A stretch of 64,000 bases of DNA. Source: Lingula anatina. Its lineage: Eukaryota > Animalia > Brachiopoda. A program made the position numbers and the translations under genes. Under the pieces are notes generated by a model. The model ran no database searches, was not told the DNA's origin, and saw only the letters and a list, made by a program, of their open reading frames with translations. The DNA lies in assembly GCA_051362555.1 (NCBI GenBank), contig CM120640.1, positions 53,794,788 through 53,858,787 of the forward strand. Direction: 5' to 3'. Shown here in pieces: positions 53,090-64,000 of this stretch (positions are counted from its first letter, which is position 1; every line of letters begins with the position of its first letter).

Positions 53090-56000
53090 TGTGACAAGCT
53101 AGACCATCCTAGAGAGATCTCAGTAACTGTCTGCTGCCCTAATGTACGACCTGGGAATGGTGACCTTGCCAGTTGTTGGCCGTCACATTTTTGATTGATA
53201 CTGGTACGTTCTCATTAAATGATAAATTTCTCTGAGAAAAACGACATAAAAACTTGTCTGCCAGCATTGGTAAGGTAGTTTTGAATAGGTCTACAGTCTG
53301 TTGCATTAGTCTTGCAATACTGCGATAAGTTTTCCCTTTAAACCATTCATCAGTTGTCACTGTGGTATTCATAAAACAGTACGTCGCCTGTGGCTTTTGT
53401 TCATCCTTCTGTTATTTCAGCTCATCTATTTTCCACCGATGATAGCGCAACATCTGCTTAACAAGTACATTAAAGTGTTCATTCGAACACGACTCAATGA
53501 ATTTATCTTTTTGTTTCCCTCGGGAGATTTGTTAAGTGCAGGAATTAATTATGTTTGAAATAATCGTTAACACTTATTTTTCAGATTAGAACATTTAAGA
53601 AACTCTTACTTTTATGTGCTCTCTCACCTTCCCCCTCCCCCCTGCCCCCCCCCCCCCCTCTCTCTCTCGATCGATTCACCGTGCCTGGTGATTTTTTTCA
53701 GTGTGATCATACTATAAATGTATTTGTTTCAAATATCAGGAAAGAGCACAATTCTAGGACGGCGGTTTTTATTTGTAGCGCGAGCAGTTCCTAGGCAACC
53801 GCGTTAAATTGATAAGTAATGGAACACTACTTCAAAAAATACACGTTTGAGGTGCATGTACTACCGGTATCCGCCTTATCAATCTTTGTGTTTCCGTAAA
53901 ATCAAGCAAATATAGTTGCATTTAAGCATCATAATCACGAAAAATAAGCCATCCATGTATACGGAAGAGGTGCATTTAATTATTGATTAAAAAGAAATTG
54001 AACAAAGAAACTCAGACGAGAAGATTAGAAGAATGATACTTTAATATTTACGACAAATGGGTGCGTGTCAATTTTCAACATCTTTTATACGTGCATATTG
54101 ACTACCTTTTTGTGAAGTTAAAAGTAGGTCGATTTCACTATTTTTGGTGAGTTTGCAAATGTCTGGCATTATTGACAGTGGCTTTTCTCAGCTCAGTTCA
54201 GGCTAGAACAGTGACATAAAGTGTATGCTTGGTAAGGACGGTCACCGTCAGTACACTGGTACTCGAGGTGAAGATGTCGCCTTGTAAATTAGAGTGCGCC
54301 CATACACATGGATAAAATCGTTTGATATTTGGATATCTAGTTATAGCTTTATTAAATTCTACAAATATTTGAATAAAGTCTTGTAACACGTCTCTTTATA
54401 AATTGCCAACAGCACAGCAAAATGATAATGCACAATACATCCCATTTAAACTAGCAACGTTATATTTCTATGTGATTCACAGTTTTATTTTCCTTGTTCT
54501 TGTCATTTTCACGGTTTTTACATTTTTCTCAACAATGAATCCTAAAACTGTTCAATGTGGTTAAAATTGTTTATTCATACAGTAGATGTAAAATTGCATT
54601 TTTTGTTCCCCAGGAACTAGACTACTGGGGACTCAATGAGACAGACATTGAGACATGCTGCTGGAGCCATTACTATTCTTACCGAGAACATAAGAACACA
54701 CTGGACGCACTGGACGAAAATTTTGGTCCGAATGATGTGTGTCCAGAACACTTCTCTCCCATGAGGCGAATGTTGTGGCAGTTTCTGGAAGACCCACAGT
54801 CTTCGAGAGCAGCAAAGGTAATGCACAAGTTCTATGGTGTCCTTGTTATATAAAGAGAGGGTGGGTGTTAAAGGAGTACAGGTACACCAGATAGATTGCA
54901 GGTTGTTTTGATGGAGACAATTCAGTAAAATACCCTCAAACAATTATGCTCTATTTTCAATGACTTACGCATATGCTATTTTCTATCAAAACGACAACTA
55001 TAGTGCAGAAAAAAATTATAAAACTGTTAGTCTTTAGCTCCACGTATGTCTTAATATATATTATTTAAATGTTTTAAATGTATATATATAAATCCTCCTA
55101 GATATTTTAAATATGTTTTAGGTCATAGTTAGTAGCAAGTAGTAACTACAATAAGACGACGTTGTAAAAGTTAAAACATCAAAGGGGTGAAAATGACAAC
55201 AGCACATTTCAAATTTCAGGCATATGCTGTCATTTCTATGGCGTTTGTCGGCATCTCCATTCTCGTGTTCGTTCTGGAAACTCACCCGTTTTTCCAGCAG
55301 CCTTCAACCTCTAATTCAACTTCATTGCTGGTAGATTATACACAGTGTGTATGCCTTGAAGAACCAAAGTTTGTAGAAGGCGTTCCTTTACAAGTCATGA
55401 CGATCATCGATTATGTATGTGTGGGTTTCTTTACCATTGAGCTGTTGGCAAGATTTCTTGTCGCTCCGTCCAAATTGGCTTTCTGGAAAGAGGTTTTAAA
55501 TCTGATCGACTTGATCTGTTTGATTCCCAACTACATCGATATCATCAGAGAGATCGTTGAGCCAGGGTCGACAAATTCTGCTTTGAAATTCTTGGTGGTG
55601 TTCAGAATCATACGCATATTGCGTGTATTCAAACTTATGAAACATTACGGCGCTTTCAAAATATTGGTGTACACCATTAAGGTCAGCGCGAAGGAGTTAC
55701 TGCTGATGGTGATATTTTTGTTTACCGGTGTTTTGATATTTGCAAGTATCATCTATTATGCAGAACCGTCGAACTTTAAGAACATTCCTATTGGGTTCTG
55801 GTGGGCTTTAGTGACAATGACAACAGTAGGATATGGAGACAAGTTTCCCAAAGAAGCGCTCGGCTACTTCATTGGGTGTGCTTGTGTGCTATGTGGCGTT
55901 CTTACGATTGCTTTCACCGTGCCTATCGTCGTTAACAACTTCAGTCTGTATTACTCGCACGCACAATCCCGCCTGCAGATGCCGCAGGCGAAGAAGAAAA

Positions 56001-57078
56001 AGGCATGGTGTTCCGTCGATCCTGTTGATCACACTGTTGAATTTGAACCGGACAGCAAACCGGAATTTAGGAACAACTTGAACATTTATGCCAACAAGGT
56101 CCCTGCCGCTGGAAAAGAAATAAATTTCGAGGAGTCGAGATCGCGGCGGCCGTCTGGTCGCACTTCAACTGCCGCCCTAAAGAGTACGGAGAGTTTGACC
56201 GACAACACGGCAATACTGCAAGATCTACAAGAAGAATTGTCCGATGAAGCGTCGTCATCGTCAGCTGTACCAGTCACAGACAAGGTAAGGCATACGAAGA
56301 GTAGGTGTCAAGCCTATGTGCCTGTGTCTTTAAACTTTTTTTATCAAAGTCTACGGGCAACATATATAATCAATGGAAATCATACTTGGTTTAACTTGTA
56401 TGAGTGCGTGCACTTCCACGTTTGAAGAAATTTATTTTGTGTGTACAAACATTTTATGGGTTCAGCAGTTATACGCTTAGGTTTTAAAGCCACCTGTAAC
56501 ATCACATATCGGTGATATCAAAATAATTTCTTTAAAATAAAAAATAAACAACAAATATTAAATAAATGACATTTTCCTCAAAATAATATTTAGTATTATT
56601 TGTTTGATTAAAATTATTTACAGCCGCAATAGTAACAAAAATTAAATCACACTGGGGTTTTATTAAGGCCATTTCGTTTCTTTCGGACCCAGCGGTATCT
56701 AAAATTGATCTTGAAAACACATTTGAATAGAGTGTTGGGAGAGAATGGCAAGAGCTGACATTAGGCATAATGAAAAAGTATCGAAAACACGATCAAATTC
56801 CGTTTTAATTAAATATTTTGGGTCAGTGAATCGTAGCAAAAGAGATTGGATACTTAAATCTATGCATAACCTTTCAGGTCGAAGTTGAGACCCACAAGCT
56901 TATGTCAGGACTGAAAAATGTGAGTCAACGACTAATGGACGAGCGCAGACGACAGGTGGATCTCATTCATAAAAGGCGGGAAGAACGAAAACAGCAACGC
57001 AATGAGGAAAAAGTTGTGATCACCGATGAACAGAACCAGTCAAGTCCGCGAGACAACTCCACAGAGGAAAAGGAATAA
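46094..57078 (+). CDS. Voltage-gated K+ channel, Shaw/Kv3 family; exons 46094-46381, 54614-54817, 55220-56284, 56878-57078
   Basis: T1 domain RITLNIGGHRHET..EYFFDRHP with intact H-x5-C-x20-CC zinc site; S4 RIIRILRVFKLMKH; pore NIPIGFWWALVTMTTVGYGD; all introns phase-0 GT-AG. Confidence 0.93.
48910..50509. mobile_element. 1.6 kb non-autonomous TIR element with TTAA TSD (Kolobok-like) in the first coding intron of Kv3
   Basis: TTAA(48906-48909)-GGTAGATCGGTCGTTAC ... GTAACGACCGATCTACC-TTAA(50510-50513): perfect 17 bp TIR with GG/CC ends. Confidence 0.82.
48932..49605. repeat. Tandem array of three ~205 bp units plus a partial unit, inside the Kolobok-like element
   Basis: GGGGTCACCGACCAAATAAGAGAA recurs at ~49009, ~49211 and ~49417; CCCCATTC.AATCAATGGG.AAATGGGTG recurs three times. 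Confidence 0.88.
53028..53086. repeat. (CT)n microsatellite
   Basis: Direct reading of the sequence. Confidence 0.95.
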
Positions 57079-60000
57079 AGAAAAAATGTTATTCCAACAG
57101 ATACAGGAAATGATCAAATCTGTGGACCCCTGTGTGCTCTATTTGTTGATACCACCTGCATTTTTTATCGATGGAAAGTTGAATTAAGGACGAATTTCGC
57201 AAAGATGGACAAAAAAGCTGATTTTGATCAGTTGCTCAGGGTGTGATAGAGCATTTATTTTTTTGGACAAAAATAGACTTGTTTTGTTATTCAAAGGTGA
57301 TCTTATCGCCTTATTATAACTTTGTTTTACTTTGTGTTGTGAGGTAACAGTTTATGGATTTTTGCCAGCTCGTAGATATGGTTATTGGAGCAGAGATAAA
57401 GTTGCCAGCGTCATTTATATGTTCAAAATTCGTGTTCTTTATAATAAAGTAAAGGAAAGGGAGATGGTAACCAAAAATGAAAAGAAAACTTGCAAATAAA
57501 TGCAATAGACAGTACTCAAGGTATTCATATGTACAGAGGACTTCAAGTCTAATTATTAGAGTATAACCTGTATATGCTTATTTTTATCTCCTCTATCTCG
57601 AGTGGTATGAGGTCCAATAGCGGCATTGGTGACAAAACACAATGTAGTCAATTTAGGCCGCTTTTTTTCAATTGCAAATGAATTATTGTGAATTTACTAT
57701 AAATAAATGTCCAAGTAATCAAGATGGTAATCCAAATGATTGATGAGAGCACTTAATCCAAGATTTTTATGATAATCAGTTGCTCATAAACCAATTTTGT
57801 GTAGTTCCAAGGAGACCGAACCAACCGATTGCTTTTGTCAAAATTCAGACTTCAGCCTAGTTGTAATTTATCGAATGTTATTTCATATCTTCATATAAAA
57901 GTTTATTCTTAGATTCTTATATTCGATGTGAAACTTGAATTCAATATCAGTGCAGTCCGTCCAAAAGTGTAAATACAGAATTTATTGATGTATAGGAGCA
58001 TCCGCCCACTTTCACTTTATCTATTTTGATAACCTTAATTTTATAAATAAGATATCAGACGTTAATTAGAAAACTCTGTGTTCTAAGCCTTTATTCCGTC
58101 CTGGTGCGTTGATTTCAACTCCTGATCAGGTCTATAAACAGCCTCTTCGTTGTTGTTCAGTGTAAGAAATAACGCAATCCGTCCACTCTTAATTACTCGT
58201 TACTCATTAGGCTATTCAAACAATTCTAATTATCACATTTTTATGCAGAACTGCTGTGAGACCAGATTATCGGAAGTTCTTCAGCAAAAGATGACAGGAA
58301 CTCTGTTTCTCTCTTACTAATTATTCAAATTGTTCTGGTATTTACTACATATATATTTGAAACTGCTGTGACCTGTAAGCCTACGATTTGAAGTAGAATT
58401 TAAAGAAATAATCGGAGGTAATACTCGGAGAGATTGCTATGCGGCCAAGCTGTGGTGGACTGTAATGTGTATATTTACACTCATTTTAGTTGTCATATAT
58501 TTTAGAGTGTAACGACTGCACGAGAAAGGTGAAAAAAATTTACTAATTTTATCTTTAAAAGAATGTCTGTAGCGCAAGGCGATGCCTGCTGTCTTGACAT
58601 AATTATAAAAGGAATTCTTTGCGTTTATAGAAATATATATGCATTATACCATATGCATTTCGCTTACAAATTTAACATTTTTTGCCAAAGCTATTTGCGT
58701 TTCTATGCAAGCTTTGAATGGCAAGCAGTACTCGCTGAATAAAGCATGAAACACAGTTGTTTGTTGTGTCGTTTAGCAAACACTCATTTCATGTTTATTA
58801 TCTGTCATTAAGTGAAATACGCTCCTTTTCGCAGACTTGTTTACGCATTCTTGATTTATTTTTCACATCCAAACAACGTGCTCTCATACTTCCAATATCA
58901 CGCATGATCAATGAACACTTGGGATCGAATTAATTCTTGAAGTCGATAAACAAATAAAACCAGAAAAATAATCAGACAACTGTAATGCGTACCAAAGCGC
59001 GGAGAGTCGACCGTTTTAGAGAATTCCCCCTCCTCCGTCAAAAGGGCTCTTCTAAAGATTGCACGATACTGTCGTACCGTCTCCCCAATAAAGGCAAAAT
59101 TATTTTTATAAACTTTTGCTTGGATTAGAGATTAGTGCATATAAAAAATAAACGAATTAATAAATACAAACAACGTATGTTGTTGATTTTAATTCTTTTA
59201 TTATATATCCTCGTGTTGAAAATGTTCAAAATTTTGTTCTAATGAAGTTCCTAGATTGTTTACAGCACGTGAATAGGTCAGAATGTGAATATCACAAAAC
59301 ATCTAAGTTTCAGTGCAAATACAAAGTCAAACTTTCACATACAATGAGATAATAGAAGAGTACGATAATAAAATTTTAATAATATACACGAAGAGCAATA
59401 GTGTCTATCATTGGCTTTTCTATTGCCCATTATTCAGCTAAGAAGCAAAACCGAAAAAAAGTCTCATTTTCTAGTGCTATCTAGAAAAAAAATGTATGAA
59501 AAACGTCAAGAGTTTGTGTGTATAGATCGATATGTGCTCTTTGCAGTCGCGGTCAGGCGTCGAAAGATCAGCAAAGCTGTCAATCATAAACCTGTCGTCT
59601 GCCATGTGAAAAGTACATCATATGACACTTTCTCAACATCGGTTTGTTTTATGCTTTTAATCTCCCTGATAAACGAAATACTTACTGTACCCACAAGTCT
59701 TCTAATTCTCTGAAATTCTTAACAATGTAAAATTTCTTTCTCTCCTGTACAATGCACCAAGGTAAAGCGACGAAGTACTTCAATTACCCATTTGCTACAA
59801 TTTCTGATCGAATGCTGGAATTTATCTACTACCCGTGTGAGACTGCTACACAGGCAAAACGGGATATTTGAACGCACTAACAGAATAGAGATGGTACTGC
59901 TCATCTTCTTAAACCTGCTACCTTACCTTACCCTAGTTTCACAAGTTGTGAAAGGAAAATGTGTAAAACAGGAACTATGGGTACATGCGCCACCCGACTT

Positions 60001-60172
60001 GTTAAAGCACTTCTATTCCTTTGTCTTCCAGTTATCACTACATACATAAATCAGGGTGTAACACTCCACACATGGTTGTGTTCAAAATAGGTTTTACAGA
60101 ATAATTGAAAATTGCATTTTTGGGGGGTAATTGATTCAATGAATGAAAACCCTCTACTAATTTAACCAAGTG

Positions 60173-60175
<3 letters not shown>

Positions 60176-60252
<77 letters not shown>
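60176..60252. repeat. (AT)n microsatellite
   Basis: Direct reading of the sequence. Confidence 0.95.
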
Positions 60253-60255
<3 letters not shown>

Positions 60256-62364
60256 TGTATGTATAATTTCTACAATCTTTGAAAATGGAAAAAATGTGGT
60301 AACTATTAAGCTAAAACGATATGTCACAATTCAAAAACACCTCGAGTATTTCACTGCAACTGCAGAGACAAAACATCAATTATATCAATAGATTTTTTCA
60401 TTAACATATACATTCACACAAAATGTGTTTTGTTTGCGTTGGAGCCAGCCACATCTCCTAAATATAAAATGTATATTGCACATATATGTGTATTTATAAT
60501 ATTTTCTATGTATATTCATATAATATTTTCATATAGAAAGATGCACAGCACCAAGCAAAAAACTGTACAAGAACAATTTTATGGCCAGAAAAAATTATAT
60601 CTGCAAAATGTCAGTATTTTAACATGTACCACTGAGTGAGTGAACAGATAAAACTGTACTAAAATGAATGTAAAATGTAAAAGTTGACAACAATGCTGAA
60701 TATTTGACTAAATAAAAATTCAAGCAAAAAACATTTGTGCAAGAGGTTTAAGATTGCACTTTTGAACATTCTGCCATTTGTACGCTAAGAATGTGATGTC
60801 ATATTGCAAAGATACTTTCAAAAATAAATACAATGAAATAATTTACAATAATAATAATAATAATACATTAGACATATTCTAAAAAACAACAACTGACACA
60901 GACTGGTGTATGTTCCAAAAGAAAAAAATACTATTAACTTGTGCATGGTACCCAGTGCATAAAACATACCAGGTCATCCATTTCAATTTTTTTCATTTTT
61001 TTTCTGTGTACAATTATTTCATGTTATCAGTAAATGATACAAATTTTTAATATTCTTCCCTTTGCTTGCTACTCTATGGCCATTTCACTTCAAAATAGCA
61101 CTTTCACATGCTTTCCATTTGCTCCTATGATATGCCTGGTAATTTCAAAGATATGACCACTGAAATCATTGTGTGCACAAATACAACAAATTGATGTCCT
61201 TCCCAGCTCAAGTTACCCAAGACAAGACAGTGATCCAGGCTTTTTTTTTTACATCACTATAGCCTAGTAACCACAGTAAGGAGGCACCAAAGTACCTTCA
61301 TAAATGGATAAAACCAATGGCATATTCATCCATATTTGAAATTGTCTCTCAAGCTACATTGTACACACATGGAATGGAAAACTGAACTTATCAATTTAGC
61401 TTTTTTCTGTATTACCATAGTCTTTAACACCTTTCACAATTCTTAAGCATATCACAAATACAATTTAAAAATACATTACTGGTGTAGGATGTTTGGGAAT
61501 GAAAAAAAAGGAAGGCCGTGAAACCACACAACAGAACTGCAAACAATCAAAAAAGTTCACGATACACATCGTTAACATCATAGCTATAGGTATATTCCTG
61601 CGGCTTGTACGATTCATTTCTATAATAATGACATTGCAAACAATAACAAAAACATGACCCCTTTAGCATAGGTAAAGAGGCCCTTTAATGTTACACACGC
61701 ATTTAAATGGTACCCCATATAATCATAAAGTGTTCATGATGGATTCGAGACTGTTAAAGATGAAATAATACAATTTTCATCACCATCCATTATATTACAC
61801 ACCATATGCAGGACTTCTAAACTGTTAAGTTTTGTGACTTACTATGTCATTTCCATTCTCCACTAAGAACCCAGTGACACATTATGTTAATCTACATTCC
61901 CACATATAAATAAGTACTGTGAAATAGTATCATATTTGATAACTCATTATTGTCCATTTGAAATGTAATACTTACCAGTACGTTTTGCTTATCTTTACAT
62001 TTTATGTCAACTATGATGATATCTCAAGATGCCAAATATATTTGACAGTTTTTTGGTCATCTATCACTTTCTTTCATAAGTCCTGCTTTTGTGACTGAAT
62101 GACCAAACATGTGACCTCACCTGGACTAGTGAGTGCCTGTTTGTATATATAATTTTAACAAATTTTTTTTGAAAGACCACACGGTTATAGACAAGGTCAT
62201 CTAATATACCATTTGCAAAATAAGTAAACTTGCATCCAAAACCATGTGGCATCCTCAAATGCTTTCCTTCTTAACTTGCAGCTTCCAAAAATGTGCTGAA
62301 GGCAAGAAATACATATAACATGTAATTGTGAATAACTGTGAAGCAAATGCACATGGTCAACTGC

Positions 62365-62859
62365 TTATTTTCCCTCAGCTGCATTTATGGAAAGCCTGGA
62401 GGTTCGTGGTTCAATTTCCAGTGATGCCTTGTAGGTTTCTTCTTCATCAAGCAGTCTGGTTGGGTCCAGTAAGTAGGCAGTCACCTTGGGAAAAAATAAC
62501 TGATGAATATTTAAATGGCACAATAAAAGGAGGTGAGGGGTGATGATTTGGGATATGTTACCCTCTCCCTTTCTCTCTTCATATCCCCCCCCCCCCCCAT
62601 ATGGTCAGGGTCTTGCCATTTAAAGTTTTATAAGAAATATTAATTTGTAAAACACACCTTATTTCTATAAGATATAAAATATGATTTAAGTTTTCATTTA
62701 TTTGCCAATAACTATGTCATATTACTGATCATCAATAAGTTTAGAAATGTATTAAAAAACAAAGAAATTTACAAAAATCCACAAAATTACCTTAGTTTGG
62801 AGATCTATCTTATATGAGGTCTGTTGGAACACCTGGATCTCACGTATTACATGAGCAAC
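62365..62859 (-). CDS. RASGRF: Last two coding exons (62791-62859, 62365-62484) of a RasGRF-type Ras guanine-nucleotide exchange factor; gene enters from the right edge
   Basis: Spliced translation VAHVIREIQVFQQTSYKIDLQTK/VTAYLLDPTRLLDEEETYKASLEIEPRTSRLSINAAEGK* resembles the end of the CDC25/RasGEF domain of RasGRF (HIIREIRQFQQT.YKI..VTQYLLD..DEE..Y..SL.IEP). Absent from the ORF track. Confidence 0.82.
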
Positions 62860-63459
62860 CTAACAAAGAGGAAAAAAAGAAAAAATTAACAAATTTTGTC
62901 ACAAGTGTCTTGATGTCTACAGTAATGGCTCTTTCAGTGTGCTACAAAAAATCTGGAACACTAGCACTTCACTGTAATAATGCCCAGTTTATATGTAGAA
63001 TCAAGCTTGCTGTCATCATGCATGTATTGTTATTTCTCTATGTGAAAAGATGACTAGGCAAAAAAAGGGTCTTTTGTTTTATTAAAGCAGATAAAATTTA
63101 GAGTTTAGAGCATTTTATCTTGAATACAAATATTAAAATTTTCTTGTAAGTAAGAATAATATCATTACTGTTAAAGATTCATTTAGAAATAATTTTAGGT
63201 AATTTGCTACCTACTCTGCAGTTAAGAATTGACCAAAAAAGGAGGGGGGGGGGGGGCTAAAAGTCTTCATAATTGCACCAAATCCAAGCGTTATATATAT
63301 AATATGCTCTAAACTGGGAATTATATTGCACTATCATCCTCAACACAATATTTTGTTACAGAGTTTCTTGCATTAATTGGGGAAGAATTTTTTTTTTTTT
63401 TTGCATGAAGAAAATGAGCTGTTGAAAAGATTCTTCAATTTCAAAATAGTTAACTAGCA

Positions 63460-63460
63460 A

Positions 63461-63515
<55 letters not shown>
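63460..63515. repeat. (AAT)n microsatellite
   Basis: Direct reading; explains the poly-Ile run in ORF 63356-63775. Confidence 0.95.
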
Positions 63516-63519
<4 letters not shown>

Positions 63520-64000
63520 TCTGCCTCCCAAAACAAAATATATATTTAAAACAAATAAATAAAATACTATGAAATATAATACAACAATTCAAAGCAGGGC
63601 CACTAATTCTATGGAAAAAATATACGGCACAATATGAACTAAGTAGAAACCCAATTCGATTAATAATGAAACCGCACACAACATAAACCATTTTGTTTTG
63701 ACAAGAATAAATCCTAAACCAAAATGCACACAAGACCTGACACAAAAAGCAGTCGTGTCCCCAGCTACAATACATTTAGCACATCATGCAAAAGAGCATA
63801 ACTTCTACACATAAAACATGTTAACAGACATATGATACTGACTGCACATACTTAAAAACACTTCATAAAATATTTAATACATATCAATACATTATAATTA
63901 CAACGACTGGACCAGAACTAGAGACAAGATCTGAAAGGTTCATCATTTATATATAGACTTACAGTTTGGAAACAGAAAAATGATTCCATTCATATAAATA

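Noticed and set aside
55833-56283. Overlapping alternative-frame and antisense ORFs in Kv3 exon 3
   Set aside because: Expected shadow ORFs in a GC-richer coding exon.
57100-62300. Short ORFs between Kv3 and RasGRF
   Set aside because: No domain similarity or consistent splice structure; most likely UTR and intergenic sequence.
63356-63775. 139 aa hydrophobic ORF with poly-Ile
   Set aside because: Translation of an (AAT)n microsatellite and poly-T in an intron.

Overview
AT-rich, intron-rich animal (eukaryotic) genomic DNA, most likely a lophotrochozoan such as a mollusc (inferred from gene structure, repeat types and mosaic CpG depletion; not proven). I assembled genes by hand from splice sites, since the ORF track only captures exon fragments. 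Left to right: the 5' part of a tandem-CCCH zinc-finger gene (-). Head-to-head with it, a 3-exon mitochondrial EF-Tu (+) with an EF-Tu2-like remodelled aminoacyl pocket; its first intron hosts a decayed antisense Mutator-like transposase that appears to carry a vertnin/OTU-like N-terminal module. Then a ~25 kb type-I membrane protein gene (-) with 11 MAM and 5 EGF domains, whose introns hold a 3.7 kb long-TIR Academ-like element and a Tourist-like MITE. Then FAM221B (-) head-to-head with eIF3J (+), a Shaw/Kv3 potassium channel (+) with a non-canonical S6 gate and a TTAA-flanked Kolobok-like element in its first coding intron, and the last two exons of a RasGRF-type GEF (-). I saw no rRNA, tRNA or CRISPR arrays. 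No clear-cut novel multi-gene system is evident. The best leads are the divergent EF-Tu, the OTU-MULE element, the MAM/EGF receptor architecture and the Kv3 gate variant.
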